DNA of 63,376 nucleotides, counting the filler, from Octopus bimaculoides (Eukaryota), in assembly GCF_001194135.2 (NCBI RefSeq). It is 11 parts of 10 records of this genome, joined end to end, with 100 filler letters (N's around TTAATTAATTAA, not from the genome) between each part and the next. Parts side by side here need not be neighbours in the genome. Positions count along the whole stretch, not along the records: positions 36,509 to 48,414 come from NC_068982.1; positions 48,515 to 52,197 come from NC_068982.1; positions 52,298 to 56,073 come from NC_068983.1; 8 more parts are not named here. One strand, 5' to 3'. A program made the translations under genes and the position numbers. This document shows positions 39,567-52,482 of the stretch, piece by piece. The notes beneath the pieces are model-generated. The model made no database searches and was not told where the DNA came from. It saw only the letters and a list, made by a program, of their open reading frames with translations. Numbering within the stretch: the first letter of the stretch is position 1; every line of letters begins with the position of its first letter.

Positions 39567-39619
39567 TTTGTTCCAGCACACGATCTCAGATCAGGTCACT
39601 TGCTATGCAAGTACATCTC

Positions 39620-39672
<53 letters not shown>

Positions 39673-40639
39673 AACTAAGAACTGTATGTATTATACAATG
39701 GCTGAGAAAACATCGAACATCATAGAATAGATAAACAGGAACCGAATTAGGGCTCAGATCAGATCGAATTCTTAAAATCCAACGTCCTAATATGGAAAAT
39801 GTAGTCCAGCTGAAGAAGTGTTGGTTATAAGAAATGCAAAGGTCGAGCTAATATATATTCTTTCCCATCAAAAGATTTGGTGGCGACACAGTTACAGCCC
39901 CACTTGTGCATCGTATTTATATATTAATATCAATTTGTTGCCTCTTTGTATATGCATAATGCATAATGCACATCATTGCATCAATTTGTTACCGAATCCC
40001 CGAAACAGCTGTAAAGGATTACCATAAATTTATTACTTTCTTCTCAATTATTTTCGCTTATGTAACAGCTGTGCAACGTATCTATTCGTAAAGGCCTCCC
40101 ATGAGCTATCTCTTTTATTTTATTTTATTTATTTATTCATTTGTTTGCTTACTTGTAATTATATTTATGTAACTTATAGATGTTTTGATGCCATAAACAA
40201 CTGCTTGCCCGTCGTTAATCTTTATTGAAATATAATGTAATATAATATTCCACACGCACACATAAATATACATGCAGATATAGCTGAAATAAATGTTTGA
40301 AAAACACTTTGAACAACGCGGCTGAAGAGTTAATCAAAATATTGTAACGTGAGGACTATAAATGAAAATAAAGTCAAAAGATATGGTATTACTCTATATA
40401 GGTTGTTTAATAATTCTATATTTCGGGAAAAAATTTTCCTTTTCCCGTACAAGAGACAAAAGGAGTTCAGAGAAAAGTGTTGTTATCTCAGAACAGCATA
40501 TTAAATGTTTTTCAAACATCTTATTTGCATATACTGCAATATTTCAAGCAAATTACAATATTTATATATGCTTTTGATGTATCGTCATTGATCATCCTGT
40601 AGTCTTAGAGGATTTCAGATCTTTTAACATCACACACCC

Positions 40640-41850
40640 GCCCGGCCGTCATCCCACTAACAACAGGCCGCGAATCTGCTCTCTTTATTTAAAGTCATGG
40701 CTTTTGTGGTTTCCTCAACCGTCTTTGCTACACTAGTAACTCCAAACCCTGTAAGATCTTTGCAGTATGCTCTCCACCCTTGACTTCTGCACTATTCTAC
40801 CAGCTCCTGTTAGTTGGTAAGTATCTGCCATGAGTTCTACCCATTGCGTAGTCAGTTCTCACATGATCACCTGCTTGTTAGGATCTGAGAAGATGACTAT
40901 GTTTGGGCAGAGTGTCGTTGGTATGGAGATCAGGGAACTTTCATTGTTTAACAAGATCCACTTTCAGCTGCCAATTCTGGTTATGGAAAGTAGATACAGT
41001 TGTTGATGTTTCAATTATCTGAGCTTCTCTCAAGCTTTGAGAAAAGTGATGGCTTCCTTACAGAGAGCCTACTGTACTTCGTGGCTGTTGTGATCACCTC
41101 AACAACCGCCTTGAGCACCTCCTCATGTCACTAGGTTGCAGCCATCTGTTAAGGCCCTGGGTAGCTGCTGAGAAAATGTTGAAGGAACTCTCTTTCATTA
41201 CACAAGCGGCAAGGAGAGTGCTTTCTTCCTGATCCATGTGTGAAGGTCTATCAGACTTGGTAAGATGTCATAAACAGATCAGGAATTTGATGCCCTGGAT
41301 GTCAGTCTGCTAGAGATCCAACAAGATATGTTCCGCTGCTGTATTTTGGCTCATTTTGTCTTGATTCCTCGTTGGCTGAGTCCCGTGCTTCCTCTACGCA
41401 TGCATTAACTTCTTCCTGGAGATATTGCTGTTTCTTTCTTTCGGCATTATCAAATGAAAAGTAACCATTTCTAGCACGAGCCTTCTACTTCAAACGTTTA
41501 TCTACAGCTTGCAACTCTCCAGAAACACTCCACTTTTTACCAGTGCTGATTTCAATGCCAGCTGTTGGAGCCTCTGTAGTGCATGGCTTCTCTTGTTCGC
41601 CTCGCCCTAAAATCTTCTGAAAAGTTTTTGAAAGATCATCGTAAGGCGTTGATGGATCGCACAGAGCGATCTGCTTAGGTTCATTGGTAGCCTCCTCAAA
41701 TAGCTGCTGATCCTCTTCTTCAAGGCTTCTACGGTTGATATACTGATATCATATGGCGATATGGTCCGCAATACTCTGCACTGGATAATGTGCTGATATA
41801 TCCAAGTCTTGAAGCTGAAGCAAGCGGTCAACTTAGATTTGCCAACTCTC
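40640..41850 (-). mobile_element. Degenerate HERO-type (REL-endonuclease) non-LTR retrotransposon, 3' part
   Basis: PYDISISTVEALKKRISSYLRRL, ARTREAMHYR, LQEEVNACVEE, QGIKFLI and QELVEECRSQGWRAYC match HERO-clade ORF motifs (from recall). Confidence 0.7.
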
Positions 41851-41889
41851 TCTCTCTCCACACATACACATACATACCTATATAGTAAT

Positions 41890-42110
41890 GGAGTCGCACG
41901 GTTTAGTGGTTAGGGTGTTGAACTCATGACCGCAATATTATGGTTTCGATTCCTAGACCGAGCGATGGTTGGTGTTCTTGATCAAAACACTTCATTTCAC
42001 GTTGCTTCAGTCTACTCAGCAGGCAAAAATGAATAATCCAGCGACAGACTGGCGTCCCATCCAGGGTGAGGTGAATATATACGGTGTCATGAGACTATGG
42101 CTCGCGAAAC
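41890..42110 (+). mobile_element. tRNA-SINE with a V-domain-like core (family D)
   Basis: Head GGTTTAGTGGTTAGGGTGTTG..GGTTTCGATTCC; core CAGCGACAGACTGGCGTCCCATCCAGGG. Confidence 0.65.
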
Positions 42111-42275
42111 ATCTTCGATCCTGTCTAATAAAGCAAAGCAGTCGATCAGGTCTGGGACGCGAATTTCCTGTCAAAACCGTTCATCCATAAGCTCTATCCA
42201 TCTCTTGTTTATAACGTTTTTCGAAAAAGTTTAATCAAACAAGCACAAAACACAATTAATACGAAATAATTTAAA

Positions 42276-42488
42276 GGCGGCGAACTGGCAGAATCGTTAG
42301 CACGCCGGGCAAAATGCTTAGTGGCATTTCGTCCGACTTTACGTTCTGAGTTCAAATTTCTCCGAGGTCGACTTTAACTTTCAAATTTCCAGGGTCGACA
42401 AAAGAAGAACCAGTTGAGTACTGGGGTCGATGTAATTGGCTTACCCCTTCCCCCGAAATTGCTGGCCTTGGGTCAAAATTTGAAACCA
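42276..42488 (+). mobile_element. tRNA-SINE family B, full length
   Basis: GGCGGCGAACTGGCAGAATCGTTAGC..AAAATTTGAAACC. Confidence 0.85.
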
Positions 42489-43622
42489 ATATGAAATAAC
42501 TTAGATAAACAGTTTTAAATTAATAAGAAATTAATACCATGTCATTTAAATAATTACATTTAAATTATCGTAAAATTCCATACTCTTTTGGAGGTAAGTG
42601 TGGGGGTGGGAGTGGGGTTACACTAAAATCAAGATTAAAATTCGGAGTACGTATAATACAAGGTATTATAGTTGTCAAGTTTTTTCCCAGCCACTTACGT
42701 ATAGAAAGAAAAAAAACCAATAATACAGCAGAGTTTTATTACGTTTTTTTTTATTATAATTTATAATATATGAATACATTTTATGCAAAATAAAATATCA
42801 AAAACTTAATATTTTGGATTATTGCAGATTAATTAGTCTTGTAGCATTTCTGCACGGTGTTATGGGTTTTTTTAAATAAGTTAGATTCCCAAATCAAAAT
42901 ACGAATTATATTTGATAGCAGACGACGTTTACATACGAACGTTTGTTTACATTAAGCGCTGTATAAAAGATGCACCCCTATTTCCGTAGCGCATATTCAA
43001 CAAAAAAGTTTTCAGTGCATTTAAGCGTGTGATATAGGCCCAATTTTGCATACAGAACCGAAGCGGGGAAGATTCTTTGGAAACATGTTTCTTTAAAAAA
43101 AAAAATAGAAGACAGTGCGTCTTATATGCCATCAAATATGGTACTTAGGTTGGATTATATTTCTTACAACCAGCGCTGGATAAGCCATTAAGCAAAATAA
43201 GCACGTGCTTCGGGTATCAAGGAAGTAGGACACCAAAGAAATAGTAAATGGTTTGCAGCACAAAAGAAAACGAACGGAGACCAATCCATTTAAACTTCCT
43301 TTTTATGTGTGTGAAAGGAGGGCTGAGTGAATATGTATGTATCTATACGTATTCTCCGTGTGCGCGCGTGTGTGTGTGTGTGTGTGTGAGAGAGACAGTA
43401 CGTTGTCGTGCACACTTAGATTCTAATCCAAAACTGTATACGGATGATGCAAAATTATATTTCTTTGTTAATAGAAATACGAGATAAATTTTGATCTTCA
43501 GAAAGAGTCCAAATTCTTGGTCATTTGAAAACCAACGAAAATTAGAAAAAAATAATACTAAATATTTTTCAACCGATTTTAAGAGTTATTATTCTCTAAG
43601 TAAACTTTTTACTGAGAATTTT

Positions 43623-43775
43623 GGCGCGGCTGTGTGGTAAGAAGTTTGCTTCCTAAACCACATGGTTCAAGCTTCGATATCACTGCGTGACGCCTTAGGC
43701 AAGTGTCTTTTACTATAGCGTCCGGCCAATTAAAGCTTTGTGAGTGGATTTGGTATACGGAAACTGAAAGAAGTT
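43623..43775 (+). mobile_element. tRNA-SINE family A, 5' half
   Basis: GGCGCGGCTGTGTGGTAAG..GGATTTGGTATACGGAAACTGAAAGAAG. Confidence 0.7.
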
Positions 43776-44189
43776 ATAGTGTGTGTGTATATATATACAT
43801 ATATATATTGGCTAAACTGGCAATATGACCATCCCCAAGTACAACAACATATANNNNNNNNNNNNNNNNNNNNNNNNNNNNNNNNNNNNNNNNNNNNNNN
43901 NNNNNNNNNNNNNNNNNNNNNNNNNNNNNNNNNNNNNNNNNNNNNNNNNNNNNNNNNNNNNNNNNNNNNNNNNNNNNNNNNNNNNNNNNNNNNNNNNNNN
44001 NNNNNNNNNNNNNNNNNNNNNNNNNNNNNNNNNNNNNNNNNNNNNNNNNNNNNNNNNNNNNNNNNNNNNNNNNNNNNNNNNNNNNNNNNNNNNNNNNNNN
44101 NNNNNNNNNNNNNNNNNNNNNNNNNNNNNNNNNNNNNNNNNNNNNNNNNNNNNNNNNNNNNNNNNNNNNNNNNNNNNNNNNNNNNNNNT

Positions 44190-44346
44190 ATTATATTTTT
44201 ATAATTAAACTTAGGAACTGCTTAAAAAAAAGCTAAGATATTTTGTGTATTGTAGCATTATAACCAATTTATTGCACATAATTTTTAACGAGCAAAATCT
44301 TATGTGGACCTCTAAGGGGTATATGGACCCCGGTTCAGAACCACTG
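44190..44346. mobile_element. Right end of a hAT-type MITE (left end in gap)
   Basis: Ends ..GGACCCCGGTTCAGAACCACTG, the reverse complement of a CAGTGGTTCT hAT terminus. Confidence 0.45.
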
Positions 44347-45205
44347 AACTAAACTTTCGAAGGCGGTGCCCCGGCAAAGCCACAGTCCAATGACTCAAAC
44401 AAAAAACAAAACAGAAAAAGAAAAGATAGTGTATAAAGTCGGGTATGTCAAAGATATGTGAAGTCCTTGTAAAAATATACATGGAATGGGTACGACGAGC
44501 TCTTACTAGGAAGTTATTTAGCTTTAATGAATTTTCGTATCCAGATCGTTTAAGTATTTTAAAACGCGAGTTTCTTGAAAAAAGAAAACAGCTAAAAATG
44601 GAATCTATCTAATTGCGACGCCAGTGATAGAGGAAGCAATCGGTTGTAGCGAGATTCTTATCTGTCTTCAGCCGCTGACAGCTGGACAACCGACCACATC
44701 CGGTTAAAAAATCAACAAAAGCAGACGATGTTCCGCTTATTGCTACCAGCCAACCCTAAATCATTCATCTGTTGACGCGGTGTGTTTCCTCCTCCGTTCA
44801 TTTGTTTTGGCTGAGCGAAATTCTAGCATGATCCACGTGCCAATTCATAACAGTGTGTGAGAGGCGCTTCTTGAAATTAAAGTCAGTCATTTTTAATTTC
44901 CTGTCGACACCAGTGAACAGTAGCAGCAGCAACACCAATGTCAACAGTCTCAACTATGATTCCACCTTCCGCTTCTAAGAGAAGATAAAACTAAACAGTT
45001 CATGTGATTCTTTTACTGATTTCAATCACTGGAACACCAGACTTAACAGTTTCAATCAATCAATTACCCCTCTCCTACTTTCTTTTTTAAATTTGGTATT
45101 TTATCAGTTCTATTTATCGAATGGCTAACTTATTTGTTGACGTAAACGGGTGCAACTCGACGTTCTGGTTTATAATTGTGTACTTTACACAAAGATACAC
45201 TAGAG

Positions 45206-45502
45206 CAGGGGTTTTCAAACTGTGGTCCGCGGACCACAGGGGGTCCGCAAGGACAAGACAGGGGGTCCGTGGACAGCAAATACTTTTTATGGGCAATTTG
45301 ATTTTATATATGTTTTTTAATCGAAATCTTTTAATTGACAATAAACCTATTTGTTAGATACTGTTAAATAAATAAATGTAAAAATATATGTTATTTTAAG
45401 CAAATATTTATGTATAAATTTCATAAGCGTTTATAAGGGGGTTCCTAAGGTAAAGCCTGAAATATAAAGGGGTTCGCAACTCAAAAAGTTTGAAAACCCC
45501 TG
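45206..45502. mobile_element. hAT-Charlie MITE, 297 bp
   Basis: Perfect 15-bp TIRs CAGGGGTTTTCAAAC / GTTTGAAAACCCCTG. 8-bp TSD CACTAGAG / CAATAGAG (7 of 8 match). Confidence 0.9.
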
Positions 45503-45514
45503 CAATAGAGCATG

Positions 45515-45569
<55 letters not shown>

Positions 45570-45574
<5 letters not shown>

Positions 45575-45650
45575 GTCCCTCGGTTTACACGGTAGATTGG
45601 TTCTGTTGGTCACCATGTAAATCATAATCGTGTAAACCGAGGGAGATAGG
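45570..45650 (+). mobile_element. Tigger-like 5' end with internal inverted repeat
   Basis: TCCCTCGGTTTACACG (45576-45591) / CGTGTAAACCGAGGGA (45629-45644). Confidence 0.5.
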
Positions 45651-46239
45651 CATTTAATGATACTATTATCAATAAATAAGAAAAACGAAATTTGAACAAT
45701 TATTTATTGAAGATTGTGTGTGTATGCGCGCGCGAAAAATAGTATTTTGTGTTATTGCCGACACATGCGCCATGCTTTCACCATCACTATCCTAGATATA
45801 CAAAAAGACAGTATAGCCATAACTGGAACACCTTTGACCATTGGTTTGCTCGATCAATTTTGATTTCTTAAGACAGACAGCAACAACTGTGTCACCGGTA
45901 ATTATAATGATGCATTGTATAGAAATGTGCTCTATCTTCGTGTTGGTCAATGCCCTGTTAGAGAAATTTGGTAGACGGAAACTACACTGAAGAGTTAGAT
46001 TTACAGAGAGAAAATAGAACGTTGTAACTCACGTTTACTCCGGTTTATTCCAAAGGAATTAGCAACATAAACAAAGTGAAACGGTTCCAACCAAGACAGA
46101 GCTTCTGTTATGTGTGAAATAGCTGTTATGTGACGCCCGCCACAAATGCTAAAAATACTGTTTACGGATATACTCTTGGGCAGTGCCGTCTTAAGGTAGG
46201 GGCATACTGGAAAGTTGGCGAGGAGGGGGCGCGAAACTA

Positions 46240-46453
46240 AAGCGGTGATATGGCAGAATCCTTAGCATGCCGAGCAAAATGGTTAGCGGTATTTTGTTCG
46301 TCTTTACGTTCTGAGTTCAAATTCCGCCGAGGTCGACTTTGCTTTTTATACTTTCGGGGTCGATAGAATAAGTACCAGTTGTGTACTGAGGTCGATGTAA
46401 TCGACTATCCTCTCCCCAAAATTTCTGGCCTTGTACCTATAGTAGAAAGGAGA

Positions 46454-46497
<44 letters not shown>

Positions 46498-46635
46498 GGC
46501 GGCGAGCGGGCAGCATCATTAGCACGCCGGGCGAAATGCTTAGCGGTNNNNNNNNNNCAGTTGTGTACTGAGGTCGATGTAATCGACTATCCTCTCCCCA
46601 AAATTTCTGGCCTTGTACCTATAGTAGAAAGGAGA

Positions 46636-46679
<44 letters not shown>

Positions 46680-46890
46680 GGCGGCGAGCGGGCAGCATCA
46701 TTAGCACGCCGGGCGAAATGCTTAGCGGTATTTCACTCGTCGCTACGTTCTGGGTATAAATTCCGCCGAGGTCGACTTTGCCTTTCATCCTTTCGGGGTC
46801 GATAAAATAAGTACCAGTTGGGTAATGTGGTCAATGTAATCGACTTACTCCTCCCCCGAAATTGCTGGCCTTGCGCTAAAATTTGAAACC
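46240..46890 (+). mobile_element. Head-to-tail family-B SINEs joined by (TTA)n; partly duplicated by assembly around a 10-N gap
   Basis: 46377-46547 is repeated at 46558-46728. Confidence 0.75.
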
Positions 46891-48065
46891 AGTTCTGATC
46901 GATGTATAATGTTGCGGCCTATTGTCAATAAATAAATACTATAGGACCCAATGCATTGGTTTTCCCATGGGCCTATAATTCTGTAAAGATGGCCCTGACC
47001 TTGGGTACTGACTGACCTTTTGAAATACAAATCCCTGCCTTGATTTTAAAAGTGGGACATCGAGTATCAATGATTAAATTGTCTCTATTATTTTATTATC
47101 AATCTTCGATAAAATGAACTGACAAATTTCAACTCCTGTGATAACTGAGTACACATCCGGTTCAGTAGTCTAACTGAATCAGATTTTTAAAATGATTTAT
47201 TATTTCTGGGTCGATAAAAGCTGGAAATGAATCGTTATGCAACGTCCATTCTTTTTCAAGTTCATTAGTGACATGGAACTGAGTCCAGCTCATAGATTTG
47301 GATTTTCAAGAGTTTGCTTCTTACGGTATTGTGTTACTTTTATAAATATGCCCCTTAGCATGACTGCAGCTGTAAAACTGAAACAGTTTCAAAGAATTAA
47401 AAGGATATAAATTATAGCGTTAACACAATGTGTTAAAGAGACCGTGTTCAACATAAATGTGTGTGTGCACGCGCGCACGTACGTGTGTGTTGAATACGCT
47501 ATTTTTAACAGCATGTTAACGCTAACATTTATGTAAATATGCTTATAATTTACTTTTCCGTTAAAATAAGACCAGCAAAAAAATAAAAAATAAAAAACAA
47601 GAACTCCATTCAGTGTGAGATAAATACGAGCTACTAATAGTTTCATGCATATGTACATTAAATAATGTTTATAAGTATAAAAGTAACACTATATTGTAAG
47701 AAGCAAAATGTATGTGTTTGCGTGCCATTTTATAGTATTTACAGAAGCCGAGGTTAGAGAGTAGTACCATCTGTCCATTGCCATGACATAAATTAGACTT
47801 TGGATTAGTGTTTGATCTGTTTATAAATGCTTTTCCAGAACAACACCTTTGCACCACGTTTTGAGCATATAGCATCCGTCTTACCAAAATTGTTTTCTAT
47901 TCTCTGCTTCTTCGAAGTCATCACTTGTCTCACGCTTTATAGCAGTCTCACAATTTGAAACCGTCTCCCTATCTCCTCTAGTTCTTTTTAATGAAACCAG
48001 TGCAGCCTTTACTTCTCTTTGTAATGTCCGTTTGTTGGTGAATCTTCTCAGACTCCAGCGTTCCA

Positions 48066-48130
48066 TTGCTCCCAAAAGGATGAAAGGCAAAGTCGGTCTC
48101 AGCAGAATTTGAGCTCAGAACCGTTGAGCA
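48066..48130 (-). mobile_element. Family-B SINE fragment
   Basis: CCCAAAAGGATGAAAGGCAAAGTCG..GAATTTGAGCTCAGAAC. Confidence 0.65.
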
Positions 48131-48359
48131 TTTCACCGCTTTCATATTTTTTGTTTTGTTGTTTCTTACTTTTTGTTTTGTTTTATTTGTTTTATCAAGA
48201 GTTTATCTTAACCTTGCATTAACCAGTTTCTGTTACTGTCTCGGTTTAGTAACCTTTGTTTTGTAGTTTGAAAAAACTACGGCGGATACGTTCCCTATCG
48301 TTAGGACAACGTCACTTTTCACTGGGTGACATTGTATTCTCCCAGTTTAACACTTTCTA

Positions 48360-48414
<55 letters not shown>

Positions 48415-48854
48415 NNNNNNNNNNNNNNNNNNNNNNNNNNNNNNNNNNNNNNNNNNNNTTAATTAATTAANNNNNNNNNNNNNNNNNNNNNNNNNNNNNN
48501 NNNNNNNNNNNNNNTATCAAATTAGATATACAACCGAAAAAGCTTCTAATAATTTCGTGCTATTATGATATTTGAACAGGCAATTTTTCAGTTTTTGTTT
48601 ATGCGTTATATATGATTTTTAAAAATCAAGGACGCTGGTCAGTAAGAAAATAAAAAGAACGTGGAGAAAAAGTCGTGAAGAAAATTCATGCAAAAAATGG
48701 AGCGAGAAAAAGGAAACGAAATCAAGAAATATGATCCTCGCCCTCCCTGATTGCAAAAGCTCATTAAGTACAACTGGTTTAGAACACAATAACACAAAAT
48801 ATGTGAAAGTTTGCAAGGCTCAATCCGGAGCGGGTGGTGCCTTCCAATTCGATA

Positions 48855-49990
48855 AAAAAAACTTGTCCATATGTCTGCACCTGCAAAAGAATTCAGATCT
48901 CGAATTAAGCAGTGTGTTGGAATTGCTAGATCGAATTACTATGAGATCTTTCTGCTACGCATGAGCAGCATTACTTAGATCCATTAACATATGGCTTGGA
49001 TTTCTCCATTATTCTCCACTTAATTGTATGTAGTCTGGAGCTGCTCTTCAAATTCCAAACGTGGCTAGCCAACTTAGTTGCATTATTTTATCGATGTGCC
49101 GGAAAGAAGATAGGTTGTTTGCATAACGTCTCTTGAACCTGCCCTCATATAATACGGGAGAAAGGTGGGACGAACCAAATTATTCTCCTAGTTCTATGTT
49201 TTGGTATAGTTTTATGATTCATATTTTTGCTTAAAAAGTTGCAATACATTTTATCTTTGAAGCCGCTGTTAGCTAGGGCATTATTGTAGTAGGGAGCTGC
49301 CTCATCAAATATTTGTTTAGATTTGATATCCTATCAGATTTTTTAAAACTGTAGGTGGATGCCAGGACTGTTTATATATGTATGAGAGCTGCTCGTTTGG
49401 TATATGATATGGCTTATAAGAGCGGGAATTTAAATCTAGGGAAACATCTAAAAAAATCAACTTTAGACAAATTGGTTGTAACAGTGGTTTTGAGGTCTAA
49501 GTGACTAAAGGTATCAATGAGATTTTTTCGAAATTTATCAAGAGTGTGGACATCACAGCCATGAGATATTCCCAACTCATCATCTCGATATAGACCAATA
49601 TCATGGGATGGGAATTTGGATCTCAATGTATCTAATATAAAGAGACCCACAAGATCACAGATGTCTGCACTGCCATATGATCCTATCGATACATCAAACA
49701 ACTCATCAGAACCAGATTTTTATACCCATGCTGAGCCCTTACTAAATAGAAGGGTTTTTCTCGCATGCATGATAAATTCCAAGTCTCTGTGGTCTATATC
49801 AATCGCCTTATCTAACAATGATGTCGATATCGAGGGATAAAAATCAAGAATGTCAAATTTAGTGAACCTAGTTCTATTCTTATCCTTTATATTCGCAAAC
49901 CAGTGCTGTTGTTATTCCATTGTCTTGCTATTATTCCATTGTTGTAGTTTAGTTGTCTCCCTAATTCTCATATTAATCTTTCCTAGTGTT
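48855..49990 (-). mobile_element. Degenerate Penelope-like element (RT + C-terminal GIY-YIG region)
   Basis: KFDILDFYPSIS, FDVSIGSYGSADICDLVGLFIL, GLYRDDELG, then FKRRYANN, KWRIMEKSKPY and LLNSRSEFFCRCRH. Confidence 0.8.
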
Positions 49991-50089
49991 TTTTGAGGTT
50001 TTTTTAGCTACTAAATCCATTTCAGTCTTCGCTGGGCAGTAAAGGATAAGAAATTTTAAACATAATCGCTTCTTCATTCATTAAAGTGA

Positions 50090-50895
50090 TTTCCATTGTT
50101 TTCTATGCCCTTAGTGCACCTGGCATAAAACTCAGTTGCTTTTGGAGTAAAAAGTAATCTAAGTTGGTTTTGACTCTATCTAAACCATTGAATGGTTCTT
50201 CCCTTTAGTGCGTTCTGCAGACACAAAAACAAATGATAGACAGACGGCGAACTGTCAGGGGAGTATGGTGGATGGGGAAAGATATCCCAACCAAGTTCAT
50301 GCAACTTTGTGCGGGTAGCCAAAGACAAATGGGTCGGGCATTGTTCTGGTGGAATACAACCCTTTTCCTGTTGAAGAGCGTTGGCTTCAGTTCCTCGATC
50401 TTTTAATTCAGATTTACTAGCTGACAGCAGTACACATCAGAATTAATGGTCTGATTTTGTGGGAGTAGCTCATAAATAATGCTTCTGAAATCACACTAAA
50501 CACAGAAGATGACTTTTTGGAATGAATATTCTGCTTTAGAAGCTATTTCGGATAATCTCCACGCATCTTTTTCTGACTATATTATCGTAAACAATCCATT
50601 TTTCATCTCCACTTACCAGTTGTTCTCTGGAAGGCTTATTTTCATTGTGTTTCAGAAGCATATCATGGATGGAGTACCGGTCCATGCAGTTTTTTCTGAT
50701 ATTTGTGAGGCACCCAAACATCTTATCGAGAAACATACTCAATTTTCACGAAGTGAACAGTACTTTTGAAAACTTCCAACTTCTCCATAAGTCCTCGAAT
50801 CGAAGTATACGAGTTTTCGTCAATATTTACCTTCAAAATATTGTCACCTAAGGTTGAGAGTCTTCCACAGCGACTGTCATCTTCCAAGCCATGTA
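50090..50895 (-). mobile_element. Degenerate mariner (DD34D) transposase relic
   Basis: DDSRCGRLS, LVSGDEKWIVYDN and LHELGWDIFPHPPYSPDSSPSVYHLF. Confidence 0.85.
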
Positions 50896-51159
50896 TGTAT
50901 ATATNNNNNNNNNNNNNNNNNNNNNNNNNNNNNNNNNNNNNNNNNNNNNNNNNNNNNNNNNNNNNNNNNNNNNNNNNNNNNNNNNNNNNNNNNNNNNNNN
51001 NNNNNNNNNNNNNNNNNNNNNNNNNNNNNNNNNNNNNNNNNNNNNNNNNNNNNNNNNNNNNNNNNNNNNNNNNNNNNNNNNNNNNNNNNNNNNNNNNNNN
51101 NNNNNNNNNNNNNNNNNNNNNNNNNNNNNNNNNNGTAGAAATAAAACGCATTGGCAAAA

Positions 51160-52140
51160 TGTTTTATGTTATGTAAAAGAGAATTTTTTGCTCTTCAAGA
51201 TAATGTTTTGATTTTTTAATTTTATTGATTTTTGTGTATTTTCAGAGCATTAAAATGGAATGTCAAGTGCTTTTTGCATTTAATCGATGTGTTAATACCG
51301 CCGAAGCTGCTCATGAGATTTGTGCTTGTATGAAGAAGGTGCAATGCCTCAAAGTACCGTCCGTCGTTGGTTTCCGTGCTTTAAAGTGGGAATTTTGACC
51401 TGAAGGACGGATCACACACCGGTGGACCAATTGAGTTAGATGAAGAGCGATTGAATCAACTTCTTCAGAAAATCCACGTCAAAGGACTAGAGAATTGGCA
51501 GAGCAGATGGATTGTGATAAAAAAAAAACTGTGGTGAACCACCTTCATTCAACGGGAAAGGTTCAAAAACTTGGTGCTTGGTGCCACACACTTTGAATGA
51601 AAACAACAAAAAACAACGCTCCACAATCGCCGCCACTTTGCTCGTTTGACATCGCTCAACACATAGTCACAAACAGCGTTTCTTTCAGCATTGTCACTGG
51701 CAATGAAAAATGGTTCCTTTACGTAAATAGGAAGCAGCGAAAAGAATGGATCAGCTCCGACAAACAAGCGACTCCGCGAGTAAAACAAGGCCTTCATCCT
51801 CGAAAGACCGTGTTGTGTGCATGGTGGGACTGGGAGGGCATAATTCATTACGAACTGCTTGAAGGCAACCAAACACTCAATGCGGAGCTCTACGTTCAAC
51901 AACTGCACCGACTCAACGAAGCAATTCAGCAAAAAAGACTGAATAGGTGAAATGGCATTCTTCTGTAACACGACAATGCTCGTCCTCACATCGCCAGTAT
52001 GACCAAAGACCGGGAGATTTCTATCGTCCGGGGGCATCAAAAAACTTATTGAACGATGGGAGGAAGTCGTAAACAACATTGGAGAGTATATTATCGATTC
52101 CTTTCTTGTAGATTTTTTTGTTTAAAATAAATTTGATAAA
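51160..52140 (+). mobile_element. Degenerate mariner (DD34D) transposase relic, opposite orientation
   Basis: IVTGNEKWFLYVN..GLHPRKTVLCAWWDWEGIIHYELL..NAELYVQQLHRL..HDNARPH. Stops, frameshifts and a deletion of the YSPD region. Confidence 0.88.
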
Positions 52141-52297
52141 GAATGCTTATGAATGTGTGTGTGTACCAGAGTAAGCACATAAGTGTGAAACAAGGTTNNN
52201 NNNNNNNNNNNNNNNNNNNNNNNNNNNNNNNNNNNNNNNNNTTAATTAATTAANNNNNNNNNNNNNNNNNNNNNNNNNNNNNNNNNNNNNNNNNNNN

Positions 52298-52334
<37 letters not shown>

Positions 52335-52439
52335 AGCAAAGCCCTGCTTACTTATATTTATTATTCATATACTGTATTCCCTTTCTAACCAAAGATATCT
52401 CAATTTCAAAATAACACTCTGCAAAATTCTTGATTGTGG

Positions 52440-52482
52440 ATTGGACGAAATGATTTGATACGCTTAGCGAGCGTATAAAAGG
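52440..52482 (+). promoter_or_regulatory. Putative core promoter of the CCP gene: inverted CCAAT (ATTGG 52440-52444) and TATA box (TATAAAAGG 52474-52482)
   Basis: Consensus TATA ~100 nt upstream of the ATG, with an ATTGG box 30 nt upstream of it. Confidence 0.55.

Noticed and set aside
46377-46728. ~170-bp exact tandem duplication of SINE tail + (TTA)n + SINE head
   Set aside because: It flanks a 10-N gap, so it is most likely an assembly overlap.
47881-48090. Protein-like 69-aa minus-strand ORF ending at a GTAAGA donor
   Set aside because: It starts inside a SINE fragment and lacks an acceptor. REVKAALVSLK looks more like a decayed LINE motif, and no homology was recognised.
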